Shown here: positions 1 through 9,645 of the stretch, one piece after another
Position numbering within the stretch: position 1 is the stretch's first letter
Layout of the letters: each line of letters begins with the position of its first letter
NCBI GenBank assembly: GCA_964559455.1
Contig: CAZLHO010000006.1
Span: 17,627-81,626, forward strand
Reading direction: 5' to 3'
DNA length: 64,000 nucleotides
Source of the DNA: an uncultured Fibrobacteraceae bacterium
GTDB lineage: Bacteria > Krumholzibacteriota > Krumholzibacteriia > LZORAL124-64-63
Made by a program: the position numbers and the translations under genes
Notes under the pieces: generated by a model
What the model was told of the DNA's origin: nothing
What the model saw: only the letters and a program-made list of their open reading frames with translations
Database searches by the model: none

Positions 1-150
1 CTGGTCGAGCGCGTGGCCCGGGTGCTGGGCGACGCCGAGCACGCCCGCGTCCTGGGCGAGGCCGGCCGCGAGCGGGCGCGGCGGCTCTACGCTTTTCCCC
101 GGATGCTGGACGAGTTGGAGGGCTACTTCACGGAATTGATGGAGGCCTAG
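1..150 (+). CDS. C-terminal fragment of a group-1 glycosyltransferase (5' end lies outside the window)
   Basis: Frame 1 translates to ...LVERVARVLGDAEHARVLGEAGRERARRLYAFPRMLDELEGYFTELMEA*. This is the typical C-terminal tail of GT4 enzymes. It converges on the hemA stop. Confidence 0.45.
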   Translation: MVERVARVLGDAEHARVLGEAGRERARRLYAFPRMLDELEGYFTELMEA

Positions 151-1487
151 TCCTCGCCTGAGCGGCCGAGCTCGAAGAGCCGGCGCAGGCTGTCCAGATG
201 CTGGAACCGCTCCTCGCGGCTGGGCGCCGATTTCAGCTGCACCATGGGCCGCTTGAGCAGCGTCTTGATGAAGGTGCGCAGCCCCTCCTCGACCGCCGCG
301 GCGACCGCCTCGGACTCGTGCTTGCGCACGTAGGCCATCTGCTTCTCGCCGATGGATTCCAGGTAGGTCCGGAACTCCGCCACGGTGGGCAGCAGCTCCA
401 TGTCCTGCAGCCAGCCCTGGAACTCGCCGAGCTCCCGCTCGATGATCAGGTCGGCGCCGTCCAGCTCCTTGCGGCGGGCCGCCATGTTGGCGCGGACGAT
501 CCCGTCCAGATCCTCCAGCCCGAAGAGATAGACCCCCTCGAAATCGGCGACGCCGGGATCGACGTCGCGGGGCACGGCGATGTCCAGCAGGAAGAGGGGA
601 TTGCCGCGGCGCTTGCGGACGGCCTCGCGCACCATGTCGGGCAGGATCACCGGTTCGGTGGCGCCGGTGGTGCTCAGGACGACGTCGGCTTCGGCCAGGG
701 AGGCGGTCAGTTCCTCCCAGGGCCGGGCGCGGATCGGCGCGTCCTCGCCGCCGCGCAGCTCCTCGGCCAGCTTCCCGGCGCGCTCGGCGCTGCGGTTGAC
801 GACGGTCATGGCGCCGATGCCGTGCTGCAGGAAGTGGCGGGCGGCCAGCGAACCGGTCTCGCCCGCGCCCACCAGCAGCACCCGGTTGCGGCCCAGGTCG
901 GCGAAGAACTTGCGGGCCAGCTCGACGGCGGCGAAGGCGACGCTGACGGCCCCCTCGCCGATGCGCGTCTCGGTGCGCACCCGTTTGCCGGCGCGGAAGG
1001 CGCCCTGGAAGGCCCGCATGGTCACCGGCCCCAGCGGCCCGACCTCGCGGGCCAGGCGGTAGGCGTCCTTGATCTGGCCGCCGATCTGCGGCTCGCCCAG
1101 CATCATGCTCTCGAGCCCGGCGGCCAGGCGGAAGAGGTGCCGGACGGCCTCGCCGCCGGACAGGTGACGACCGTGCTCGCCCTCGAAGAGCGCGAAGTCG
1201 ACGTCGACCACCGACAGGGCCCTGGCCAGGGACTCGTGCACGCAGCGCGCGGCCGGGGTCTCGATGTAGATCTCGGTGCGGTTGCAGGTGCACAGGGGCA
1301 CGGCCGAGACGATGTCCGGCTCGTCGCCGCAGGCGGCCAGGAAGGCGTGGACGGCGGCGGCGTCCATGTGGACGCGTTCGCGGGTCTCGGTGTCGGCCAG
1401 CTGGTGGTCCACGCTCCAGACCAGGAAGTTGGCCCGGCCGTCCCCGGCGGGGGCGCCGTCGAAAGGTGCGGTGTCGGATCGGGTCAT
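147..1487 (-). CDS. hemA: glutamyl-tRNA reductase
   Basis: CNRTEIY active-site motif and a GxGxxG NAD(P)-binding motif (VGAGETG). Start taken as ATG (CAT at 1485-1487), giving MTRSDT...; this start overlaps the upstream gene's stop (ATGA). Confidence 0.9.
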   Translation of the reverse strand: MTRSDTAPFDGAPAGDGRANFLVWSVDHQLADTETRERVHMDAAAVHAFLAACGDEPDIVSAVPLCTCNRTEIYIETPAARCVHESLARALSVVDVDFALFEGEHGRHLSGGEAVRHLFRLAAGLESMMLGEPQIGGQIKDAYRLAREVGPLGPVTMRAFQGAFRAGKRVRTETRIGEGAVSVAFAAVELARKFFADLGRNRVLLVGAGETGSLAARHFLQHGIGAMTVVNRSAERAGKLAEELRGGEDAPIRARPWEELTASLAEADVVLSTTGATEPVILPDMVREAVRKRRGNPLFLLDIAVPRDVDPGVADFEGVYLFGLEDLDGIVRANMAARRKELDGADLIIERELGEFQGWLQDMELLPTVAEFRTYLESIGEKQMAYVRKHESEAVAAAVEEGLRTFIKTLLKRPMVQLKSAPSREERFQHLDSLRRLFELGRSGED

Positions 1488-2359
1488 GACGCCGGCACCC
1501 CCCCGCGGATCGAGAAGTTGTGGAAGCTGGGGAAGAAGTGGTGCACCAGCGCGATCGCGATCACCATCAGCACGAAGCCGATGATCGCGGCCACGTTCAT
1601 GCGCCGGCCGCGCCAGCCCAGGGTGCGGTGGCCGACGAGGCCCAGCGTGTAGCCGACGAAGATGATCCACGAGGCGATGATCTTGGGGTCGCCGTGGTCC
1701 AGGCGCGCGGCCACCTCGGGGGGCACGCGCCGGGACAGGGCCACCATCCAGACATGGCCGGTGGCCAGGGCGGCGAAGAGCAGCGGCACGCCCAGCTGCA
1801 CCGAGCCCACGCTCATGCGCTCCAGGGTCTCGAGCGGCGGCAGGCGGCGGAAGAGCAGGCCGAAGTTGCGGCGCGAGAGCTGGCGGGCCTGGGCCAGGTA
1901 GAGCAGGGCGTAGACGAAGCCCAGGCTGAGCGAGGTGTAGGCCAGCAGCACCAGCACCGCGTGCAGGGCGTAGCCGGGATCCTCGAGCAGGCCGCTGGTC
2001 GGCGGGGCGCTGGTGCCCACGAAGGAGCTGGCCAGGAACTGCAGCAGGAAGGCGAGCCCGACGACGACGAAGCCGGTCTGCCGCACCTGCATGCGCCGCT
2101 CCAGCAGCGCGTAGATGAGCAGGCTGGACAGGGCCATCAACGAGAAGAATTCCAGCGGCGCGCCCAGGGGCAGCCGCTCCAGCGCCAGCGTGCGCACGAC
2201 GACGGCGCCCAGGTGCAGGGCCAGGGTCGCGCCCAGCAGCCGCCGGCTCCAGACGGCCTCGCGCGGTTCGTCGCGCATGAAGACCAGGACGTAGGCGCCC
2301 AGCAGCATCAGGTAGGCGATCGGCAGCAGCGTGTTGAGGAAACCGAGCAGCGTCTGCAT
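1484..2359 (-). CDS. cytochrome c assembly family membrane protein (CcsA/HemX-like)
   Basis: 291-aa polytopic membrane protein with a degenerate Trp-rich/DPK segment (HGDPKIIASWII). It sits immediately upstream of hemA, as hemX does in hemAXCDBL-type operons. Confidence 0.55.
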   Translation of the reverse strand: MQTLLGFLNTLLPIAYLMLLGAYVLVFMRDEPREAVWSRRLLGATLALHLGAVVVRTLALERLPLGAPLEFFSLMALSSLLIYALLERRMQVRQTGFVVVGLAFLLQFLASSFVGTSAPPTSGLLEDPGYALHAVLVLLAYTSLSLGFVYALLYLAQARQLSRRNFGLLFRRLPPLETLERMSVGSVQLGVPLLFAALATGHVWMVALSRRVPPEVAARLDHGDPKIIASWIIFVGYTLGLVGHRTLGWRGRRMNVAAIIGFVLMVIAIALVHHFFPSFHNFSIRGGVPAS

Positions 2360-2360
2360 C

Positions 2361-3809
2361 TCAGTCGTCCCTTCTCGTGCGCGCGGGCGCGGCGGCGCCC
2401 AGGTGGTCCAGCACCGCGGCGGCGGTCCGCTCCGCCTCGGCGACGCAATGGTTGACGGCGATGCCCCGGTACGAGCTGCCGGTCAGGAAGAGGCCCGGAT
2501 GCTCCGCCAGTCGCCGGGAGACGGCGGCCAGCCGGGCCAGGTGGCCGGGCCGGTACTGGGCGATGGCCCGCGGCCAGCGCACGATCCAGCTGCGCTCGGG
2601 CTCGCCGTGCAGGCCGTAGAGGGGGGTCAGCTCCTCCAGGCAGATCCGGCGCAGGGCGTCGTCGTCCAGGTCCAGGATGTCGGGATCGGCGGCACCGCCG
2701 GCCATGCAGCGCAGCAGGACCCGGTCCCGGGGGGCGCGGCCGGTGAAGATGCTCGAGGACCAGAGCACGCCCAGCAGACGGCGGCCGGCCCGGGTGGGGT
2801 TGAGCATGCCGAAGCCGGAAAGGGGATGGTCGACGGCCGCGCGCGGGTAGGCGAGCACGATCACGGCCATCGGCGCGTAGGGGATCCCGGCCAGCAGGCC
2901 GGTCAGCTCGGCGTCGTCGAGGTGGCCGGCCGCGGCGTGGGCCGGCGCGGTGTTCACCACGGCGGCGAAAGGCCCGTGCTCGCGGCCGTCCGCGGCCACG
3001 GTCCAGCCCTCCGGCCCCCGGCGCAGCGCGGTGACGGGCGCTCCGGTCAGGACCTCGCCCCGCAGCGCGGCCGCCACGGCCCGCGGCAGCTCGACCATGC
3101 CGCCCCGGAAGCTGTGCAGGACGCCGCTGGGTCCGGGCGAGGCCTCTCCCGCGCCGCTGCGTTTCCGCTCGCGTTGCAGCTTGAAGAGCGCCCGGAAGAG
3201 GCCGCCGTGGTCGCGTTCGAGCTCGACCATGCGCGGGAAGGCCGAGGCCAGGCTCAGGCGCCGGGCGTCGCCCCCGAAGACGCCCTTGACCATGGGGTCC
3301 AGGAAGTTCTCGGCGAACTCGCGGCCCAGCCGGCGCACGCCGAAGTCGTAGACGGTCTCGTCGGTGGCGGGATCCTCGGCGGCGCGCCCCAGGTCGCGGC
3401 GCGGCGGCCGCAGCAGCTCGGTCGCGACGCGCAGCTTGCCGGGCCAGCTCAGGGTGCCCGAGCGCAGGAAGGCCGGCGGGCTCATCGGCATCTCCTGCAC
3501 CTTGCCGTCGATCAGCAGGAAGCGGTGGCGCGTGGCGTCCTCGCTGCGCTGCAGGGCGTCGCCCAGGCCGACGCGCTCGACCAGGCGCAGGGTGGCGGGC
3601 TCGCTGTCCAGGAAGCCGTTGGGGCCCTCCTCGAGCTGGAAATCGCCGTCGCGGATGGTGCGCAGGTTGCCGCCGACCGCGGGCGCCGCCTCGAAGACGG
3701 TCACGCGCAGGGGCAGGCCTCGCGCTTCGGCTTCGCGCTCGAGGTCGAAGGCGGTGGCCAGTCCGGCGATGCCGCCGCCGACCACGGCGACCGATAGGGT
3801 CTCAGGCAT
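2361..3809 (-). CDS. hemY: protoporphyrinogen/coproporphyrinogen oxidase, FAD-dependent (HemY/PPOX family)
   Basis: N-terminal FAD-binding fold (VAVVGGGIAGLATA). ~480 aa, a typical PPOX length. Lies within the heme operon. Confidence 0.85.
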   Translation of the reverse strand: MPETLSVAVVGGGIAGLATAFDLEREAEARGLPLRVTVFEAAPAVGGNLRTIRDGDFQLEEGPNGFLDSEPATLRLVERVGLGDALQRSEDATRHRFLLIDGKVQEMPMSPPAFLRSGTLSWPGKLRVATELLRPPRRDLGRAAEDPATDETVYDFGVRRLGREFAENFLDPMVKGVFGGDARRLSLASAFPRMVELERDHGGLFRALFKLQRERKRSGAGEASPGPSGVLHSFRGGMVELPRAVAAALRGEVLTGAPVTALRRGPEGWTVAADGREHGPFAAVVNTAPAHAAAGHLDDAELTGLLAGIPYAPMAVIVLAYPRAAVDHPLSGFGMLNPTRAGRRLLGVLWSSSIFTGRAPRDRVLLRCMAGGAADPDILDLDDDALRRICLEELTPLYGLHGEPERSWIVRWPRAIAQYRPGHLARLAAVSRRLAEHPGLFLTGSSYRGIAVNHCVAEAERTAAAVLDHLGAAAPARTRRDD

Positions 3810-4935
3810 GGTCCGTCTCCTTGTCGCGCCCGGCGGCGACGGCCGCGGGGGCGAAGGCGGTGACGTCCAGGTGCTCGGCCAGGGAGTCGAGCCACCCCGC
3901 GTCCAGGTTCAGGGCCGGCGGACGCACGAACTCGGCGACGCCGGCCCGTGCGGTCTCCTCGCGCAGTTCGATGTCCAGTTCGTGCAGGGTCTCGATGTGC
4001 TCGCAGGTGAAGCTCAGCGGCAGCACGCAGAGCCGCCGGCAGCCGGAGGCCGCCAGCCGCTCGGCCTCGGCGGTCAGTTCGGGACCGATCCAGCGCACCG
4101 GGCCCACCTTGCTCTGGAAGGCCAGCAGGGGCCGCGATCCGCCGGGAAGGCGCTTCCACCAGTCGCCCAGGTCGGCGCCCAGGCGCGAGGCCAGCTCTCC
4201 GTTCAGGGCGGCCATCGTGGCCCGGGTCTGCGACAGGTAGGGATCGCCGCGCTTCAGGAAGCGCTCGGGCAGCGAGTGGGCCGTGCCCAGCAGGGCGCAT
4301 TCGGCGGGATCCCGGCCCTCGGCGTGCCAGCGCCTCAGCACGGGCTCGGCGCGGTCGGCCAGGGCCCGGACGTAGCCGGGCAGCAGGTGCCATTCGGGCA
4401 GCACGTAGACGGCCAGTCCCGGCGCCAGCCGGGTCACGGCCCGCTGCAGGTCGCCCATGACGCTGCCGGTCGTCGCACTCGCGAACTGGGGATAGGCCGG
4501 CACGGCCAAAATCTGTCGCGCGCCGCCTTCCAGCAGCTCGGCCAAGCCCTCCCCCGGGAAGGGATGCCAGTAGCTCATGATCGGTGTCGCCCGCAGGCTG
4601 CGGCCGCGCGCGCGCAGGCGCTCCTCGAGGGCCTCGCACTGCCGCTGCGCCCACTCCAGCTGGGGCGAGCCGCCGCCGTGGCCGATCTCGCGGTAGCGCT
4701 GCTTCACGGCCTCCAGGCGCCGGCGGACGATCAGCCAGCCCACCATGCGGTTGAAGGGGGCCGGGATCGGCAGCACCGCGGGGTCGCGGAAGAGGTTGTG
4801 CAGGAAGGGGGCCACCGAGTCGGGCCCGTCGGGCCCGCCCAGTCCCGCGAAGACGAGGCCCGTGGGCAGGGACGGGTCCAGGGGATGCCGCGCCAGCCGC
4901 TGCAGGTCCTCGTGTCGGGTCAGGCGAGGGACCAT
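3802..4935 (-). CDS. hemH: ferrochelatase
   Basis: Ferrochelatase fold motifs (YPQF.SATTGS; H in AHSLP...). 377 aa. Overlaps hemY by 8 nt. Confidence 0.85.
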   Translation of the reverse strand: MVPRLTRHEDLQRLARHPLDPSLPTGLVFAGLGGPDGPDSVAPFLHNLFRDPAVLPIPAPFNRMVGWLIVRRRLEAVKQRYREIGHGGGSPQLEWAQRQCEALEERLRARGRSLRATPIMSYWHPFPGEGLAELLEGGARQILAVPAYPQFASATTGSVMGDLQRAVTRLAPGLAVYVLPEWHLLPGYVRALADRAEPVLRRWHAEGRDPAECALLGTAHSLPERFLKRGDPYLSQTRATMAALNGELASRLGADLGDWWKRLPGGSRPLLAFQSKVGPVRWIGPELTAEAERLAASGCRRLCVLPLSFTCEHIETLHELDIELREETARAGVAEFVRPPALNLDAGWLDSLAEHLDVTAFAPAAVAAGRDKETDHA

Positions 4936-4950
4936 GGTCTCCTCCGGGAC

Positions 4951-6327
4951 TCAGATCGTCTTCGAGAAGATCGGCCGGTCGCCCGCCCGGTCCAGGTACG
5001 CGTCGAATTCCATGCAGATGTTGCGGACGAAGAAGCGTCCGAGCTCGGTGACCGAGATCCGGTCGTCCGTCCGCTCCAGGAAGCCCTCGGCCACGAAGGG
5101 ATCCATCCGCGCCAGCTCCGGGGCCAGGGCGTCGGCGACGCGGGCGCCGCCGTCGCCGGGGCGCAGATCGAAGGGCAGTTCCAGGTTGCACATCAGGTTC
5201 AGGATGGCGTCGCGGCGCAGGACGTCGTCGGGGCTCAGGCGGTGGCCGCGCACCACGGGCAGGCGGCCGTCGTCGACGCCCTGCTGGTAGCCCTGCAGGC
5301 CGGCGTCGTTCTGGACGAAGGAGCCCGCCACCTCGCCGATGCTGCTCATGCCGAAGGCCAGCATGTGCGGGGCGGGACGCGTGGTGTAGCCCATGAAGTT
5401 GCGGTGCAGCCGCCGCTCGCGCAGGGCCACGGCCAGCTCGTCGTCGCGCTTGGCGAAGTGGTCCATGCCCACCCAGTCGTAGCCGGCCTCGGCGAAGGTG
5501 TCGATGGCCAGCTGGAAGAGGGCGAACTTGGCGTAGGGATCGGGCAGCATGGTCTCGTCGATGAGCTTCTGGTGCGGCTTGACCCAGGGCACGTGGGCGT
5601 AGCTGAAGCAGGCGACGCGGTCGGGGCCCAGGTCGATGATCGAGCGCAGCGTGCGCGCGAAGGATTCGGCCGTCTGGCCGGGCAGGCCGTAGACCAGGTC
5701 CAGGTTCACGCTCTCGAAGCCGAGGTCGCGGCAGGCCCGGAAGAGCTCGACGGTGCGCTTCTCGGACTGCAGGCGGCCGATCGCCTTCTGGACGTCCTTC
5801 TCGAAGTCCTGCACGCCGAAGCTGATGCGGTTGAAGCCCAGCTCGCGCAGCATGGCCATCTGTTCGGTCGAGCCCACGCGCGGGTCGCATTCGATGGACA
5901 GCTCGCCCGCGGGATCGACGGCGAAGGCGTCGCCGATCAGGTTCCAGGCCCTGGCGATCTGCTCGGGCCGGGGGTAGTTCGGCGTGCCGCCGCCCCAGTG
6001 CAGCTGCACGACGCGGCGGCCGGTCCCGAGGACGTCGACGACCATGGCCAGCTCGCGCTCGACCCGGTCCAGGTAGCTGTCGACGACGTTCCTGTCGCCG
6101 GCGATCTCGGAGTTGCAGCCGCAGTAGTGGCAGTGCTTCACACAGAAAGGCAGGTGCAGGTAGACGGACAGCTCGTCGCCGGGCAGGCCGGCCAGCCGCT
6201 CCAGGGCCTCGCGGTAGTCCTTCTCGCCGAAGTCGGCGTTCCAGACGGGCACCGTCGGGTAGCTGGTGTAGCGCGGACCGGGCTTGTTGTAGCGGTCCAG
6301 CATCTCGCGGGGCACGGGAACGGTCAT
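4951..6327 (-). CDS. hemN: oxygen-independent coproporphyrinogen III oxidase (radical SAM)
   Basis: Radical-SAM CxxxCxxC (CVKHCHYC). Full-length 458 aa with the HemN N-terminal extension and an LDLVYGLPGQT motif. Its start overlaps the hemE stop. Confidence 0.9.
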   Translation of the reverse strand: MTVPVPREMLDRYNKPGPRYTSYPTVPVWNADFGEKDYREALERLAGLPGDELSVYLHLPFCVKHCHYCGCNSEIAGDRNVVDSYLDRVERELAMVVDVLGTGRRVVQLHWGGGTPNYPRPEQIARAWNLIGDAFAVDPAGELSIECDPRVGSTEQMAMLRELGFNRISFGVQDFEKDVQKAIGRLQSEKRTVELFRACRDLGFESVNLDLVYGLPGQTAESFARTLRSIIDLGPDRVACFSYAHVPWVKPHQKLIDETMLPDPYAKFALFQLAIDTFAEAGYDWVGMDHFAKRDDELAVALRERRLHRNFMGYTTRPAPHMLAFGMSSIGEVAGSFVQNDAGLQGYQQGVDDGRLPVVRGHRLSPDDVLRRDAILNLMCNLELPFDLRPGDGGARVADALAPELARMDPFVAEGFLERTDDRISVTELGRFFVRNICMEFDAYLDRAGDRPIFSKTI

Positions 6328-7364
6328 GCCTGGTCTCCCGGTCGGTAGCTCTGGACGGTCTCGACCAGCGTCTCGACCGCGGGGATGGGCGTGGGCGGCA
6401 GGATGCCGTGGCCCAGGTTGAAGACGTGGCCCGGCGCGTCGTCGCCGGCGCGGCAGATGGCCAGGGCGCGACGGCGGATCTCCTCGGGCGTGCCGAAGAG
6501 CGCCAGCGGGTCGAGGTTGCCCTGGACGGGGCGGCCCAGCGCGGCGGCGGCCGAGCCCAGGTCGAGGGTCCAGTCCAGCCCGAAGCCCTCGGCGTCCAGG
6601 GTCTTCACGTGGTCCAGGAAGGGCGCCGAACCCTTCAGGAAATAGATGCGCGGCACGCCGGCGTCCTTCAGCCCGTCCAGGATCCGGCGGATGCCCGGCA
6701 GCACCATGGCCTCGTAGTCGGCCGGGTGCAGGATGCCGCCCCAGGTGTCGAAGACCTGCACTGCGTCCACGCCGGCCTCGACCTGCATCTTCAGATAGTC
6801 GAGGACCTGGTCGGCCAGCTTGTCCAGCAGCGCGCGCAGCAGGTCGGGCCGCGCGTAGAGCATGGTCTTCAGGTGGCGGAAGTCCTTGCTGCCGCCGCCC
6901 TCGATCATGTACGAGGCCAGGGTCAGCGGCGCGCCGGCGAAGCCGATCAGCGGCGTCTTATCGCCGAGCTCGCCCTTGATCATGCGGACGGCGTCGGCGA
7001 CGTAGGCGGTGTGCTCGCGCGAGTCGACCACGCGCAGGGCCTTGACGGCGGCCTCGTCGCGGATGGCCGTGACCATCTTCGGGCCGCCGTCGCCGAAGGT
7101 GAAGGGGGCGCCCATGCCCTCCAGCGGCACCAGGATGTCGCTGAAGAGGATGGCGGCGTCGAAGCCGAAGCGGCGGATGGGCTGCAGCGTCACCTCGCAG
7201 GCCAGCTCGGGGGTCTTGCAGACCTCGACGAAGGAGTGCTGCGCCCGCACGGCCATGTACTCGGGCAGGTAGCGGCCGGCCTGGCGCATGATCCAGATCG
7301 GGCGGCGGGCGGGCTTCTCGCCGCGCAGCGCGGCCAGGTAGGGGGAGCCGTTTGTCTCGGTCAT
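6324..7364 (-). CDS. hemE: uroporphyrinogen decarboxylase
   Basis: PIWIMRQAGRYLPEY N-terminal signature. Start set to the internal ATG at 7364 (MTETNGS...), preceded by a GAGGA RBS. Confidence 0.9.
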   Translation of the reverse strand: MTETNGSPYLAALRGEKPARRPIWIMRQAGRYLPEYMAVRAQHSFVEVCKTPELACEVTLQPIRRFGFDAAILFSDILVPLEGMGAPFTFGDGGPKMVTAIRDEAAVKALRVVDSREHTAYVADAVRMIKGELGDKTPLIGFAGAPLTLASYMIEGGGSKDFRHLKTMLYARPDLLRALLDKLADQVLDYLKMQVEAGVDAVQVFDTWGGILHPADYEAMVLPGIRRILDGLKDAGVPRIYFLKGSAPFLDHVKTLDAEGFGLDWTLDLGSAAAALGRPVQGNLDPLALFGTPEEIRRRALAICRAGDDAPGHVFNLGHGILPPTPIPAVETLVETVQSYRPGDQA

Positions 7365-7518
7365 GCTTCGTCCTCGGTCGGGTGTGGCGCGGCTGTGGAG
7401 CCCGCAAAAGATAGACAATTATCCCCCGGAATATGTCATGGAACCGTCATGCGGGCGCAGATCCCACGATCAGCGAAATCAGAGAACGATTTCCCAAATA
7501 ATCCACTAAAGACATAGG
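7365..7518. promoter_or_regulatory. AT-richer divergent intergenic region between the hemE operon and the 7-heme cytochrome gene
   Basis: 154 bp with a local GC drop (aaaagatagacaattatcc..., aaataatccactaaagacatagg) separating divergently transcribed genes. No hexamers assigned. Confidence 0.3.
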
Positions 7519-8367
7519 TTGCGGCGGTCGATTCAGGGCATGATGCACGCCCTGAACCTGAAACGAGCGGGCCTTCCGGCCCTGATCTCCGCGGTCGCGC
7601 TGACGATCCTGATCGCGGCCGTCGCCGCGCCCGGCACCGGAGCGCGGGAAGGCGCGCCGGCCGCGCACCGGGAACTGGAATGCGGCACCTGCCACGCCCC
7701 TCGAGCGGAGGCCGTGACCGCCGCCGCCGGCCGCATCGCTCCGGCCCGACGTTCCTGCCGGGCCTGCCATGTGCTCGCCGACCGGACCGACGCGACGGCC
7801 ACGAACTTCCACGACGACGACGGGCGCGACTGCCGCGACTGCCACTCCTTTCACGAGCCGGCCCGGCTGCGGGCGGGCGAGGTGGAGTTCGTCTACGCCT
7901 ATCGGGATGAGGACCTGCGCGAACAGTGCGCCTCGTGCCACGGGCAGGACGGGGATCTGGCCCTGCTGTCGCCGGGGCACCGCGAGGCGGGCAGGAGCCT
8001 CTACCACGTCGACGCCTACCGGCTGGCGAGGCTCTCGCCCTCGGACGGTTGCCTGCGCTGCCATGACAGCGGAGGCGAGGCCGCGGGCGAGGGCGGAGCG
8101 CCGGCCTTCGCGGGCCACCAGGGACATCCCCTGGGCGTGACCGTGCCTCTGGGGCGCGGCACGCCCGGCAACCACATCCGACGGAGCCTGGATCCGCGCA
8201 TTCCCCTCTACTCGGATCGGATCGAATGTCAGACCTGCCACCTGATGGGCGACGAGCGACCGGATCTGCTGGGGCGTTTCGCCGAATCCTACGATCTTTG
8301 CCTCGGCTGCCACGAGCAGCCCTTCCGGCCGCGCGCCGGCGATCTGAGGCTGGCCTCCGTCCGCTGA
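7519..8367 (+). CDS. multiheme c-type cytochrome (7 CxxCH), membrane-anchored or secreted
   Basis: N-terminal hydrophobic segment. CxxCH motifs: CGTCH, CRACH, CRDCH, CASCH, CLRCH, CQTCH, CLGCH. Confidence 0.8.
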   Translation: MRRSIQGMMHALNLKRAGLPALISAVALTILIAAVAAPGTGAREGAPAAHRELECGTCHAPRAEAVTAAAGRIAPARRSCRACHVLADRTDATATNFHDDDGRDCRDCHSFHEPARLRAGEVEFVYAYRDEDLREQCASCHGQDGDLALLSPGHREAGRSLYHVDAYRLARLSPSDGCLRCHDSGGEAAGEGGAPAFAGHQGHPLGVTVPLGRGTPGNHIRRSLDPRIPLYSDRIECQTCHLMGDERPDLLGRFAESYDLCLGCHEQPFRPRAGDLRLASVR

Positions 8368-8375
8368 CGCGCGAC

Positions 8376-8397
8376 GGCCGCGCCTGACGGCGCGGCC
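8376..8397. terminator. GC hairpin between convergent cytochrome genes
   Basis: GGCCGCGCC-tgac-GGCGCGGCC: perfect 9-bp stem with a 4-nt loop, lying between the stops at 8367 (+) and 8425 (-). Confidence 0.35.
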
Positions 8398-8424
8398 GCG
8401 CGATATCCCGGCGATCGTTTCCCT

Positions 8425-9645
8425 CTATTTCTTGTGACAGGTCACGCACAGATCCATGTTCGGATCCAGCGGCAGATACTGCGGGAAATCGGCGCCGTGC
8501 AGCTGGTGACAGCTGAGGCAGGTCACCGGTTCCCCGGTCCGCTCGTCGATGACGTCCGGACCCACCGGATGCGAGGAGCGGTGGGCGGCCACGTGGCAGT
8601 CGGCGCAGGCCGCGACCGCGTCCGCGGTGAGAAAGGCAGTCTCGGGCGAGCCGTGGGGCACGTGGCATTCGGTGCAGTCCATGCCGTCGTGGGTCGCGTA
8701 CATCGCCTTGGGCTTCTCGGCCGTTCCCTCGAAGTGACAGCGCATGCAGAGCACGCCCTGCGGGGCCGACAGCAGCCCGGCGCCGTCGGCGGCGTGGGGG
8801 GCGTGGCAGTCCGTGCAGGAGCTCTCGTGGTCGAGGTGGCCGTTGTAGTCGGTCTCGAGATCGGCCTGCACGCCGCGATGGCAGCGAAGGCAGAGCGCGC
8901 GACCGTCGCCGGCGATGGCGAAGCCCGCGTCGGGGGCCGGATCCCCATGGCAGGTCTTGCAGTTTCCGCCCGCGAAGGGGGCGTGCCTGTTCTCGCGCAG
9001 GAGGCCCGGGAGCTCCGCCGCGTGGGGCGCGTGACAGGTCGTGCAGTCGGAGGCGCTCAGGTCTCGGCCCTGGTGCGTGCCCGCGAAGCCGGCGCCTCCG
9101 TCGTGGCAGGTGAAACAGAGTCCGGGCACGTCCCGGACCAGGATGCCGGGATACGCCGAGCCGTGGGGCGCGTGGCAGGCGCCGCAGTCGCCGTCGGCTA
9201 CGGGGGCGTGGGGATGGGGCCGCTCGGTCCAGCCGGCGGCCACGGGATGGCAGGAGGCGCAGAGATCCGCGGTGGCGCGGCGCAGCTGGTCGGGATGGTC
9301 CGAGGCGTGGGGGTCGTGACAGGAGCCGCAGGCGCCCTCGCGGACCGGGGCGTGAGGCGCGGCAGGATCCGCCGCCGCGATGTCGTCGTGGCAGCGGGCG
9401 CAGAGCCGCGCGGGCTCCTCCCCCAGCAGGGCCGCGTGGCGCGAGGCGTGGGGGTTGTGACAGGCCGAGCAGCGGCCGTCGGCGAAGACCGTGTGGCGGT
9501 GCCGGGCGGAATCCAGCGCGCCGATGTCGGCGTGGCATTCCAGGCAGACGCCGGGCTCGTCGACGGGCGCGATCGCGCCGGCGCTCCCGGCGGCGAAGGC
9601 CGCGGAAGACAACAGAAGGCCCAGGAGGCGTATCCGGCGGTTCAT
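8425..9645 (-). CDS. multiheme c-type cytochrome, 16 CxxCH, secreted
   Basis: Start ATG at 9645 (MNRRIRLLGLLLSSAAFAAG, a signal peptide). I count 16 CxxCH motifs in ~406 aa (e.g. CLECH, CSACH, CARCH, CGSCH, CASCH, CGACH, CFTCH, CTTCH, CKTCH, CLRCH). The upstream extension of the ORF to 10704 is frame shadow. Confidence 0.85.
   Translation of the reverse strand: MNRRIRLLGLLLSSAAFAAGSAGAIAPVDEPGVCLECHADIGALDSARHRHTVFADGRCSACHNPHASRHAALLGEEPARLCARCHDDIAAADPAAPHAPVREGACGSCHDPHASDHPDQLRRATADLCASCHPVAAGWTERPHPHAPVADGDCGACHAPHGSAYPGILVRDVPGLCFTCHDGGAGFAGTHQGRDLSASDCTTCHAPHAAELPGLLRENRHAPFAGGNCKTCHGDPAPDAGFAIAGDGRALCLRCHRGVQADLETDYNGHLDHESSCTDCHAPHAADGAGLLSAPQGVLCMRCHFEGTAEKPKAMYATHDGMDCTECHVPHGSPETAFLTADAVAACADCHVAAHRSSHPVGPDVIDERTGEPVTCLSCHQLHGADFPQYLPLDPNMDLCVTCHKK

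Noticed and set aside
3364-6348. 994-aa plus-strand ORF, and similar very long ORFs (7436-9538, 14378-17053, 17050-18342, 45326-49378, 46654-51498, 3701-5890)
   Set aside because: They lie antisense to, or in alternative frames of, genes with clear catalytic motifs. Their translations are Arg/Gly/Pro/Ala-rich low-complexity with no motifs. This is typical open-frame shadow in ~70% GC DNA.
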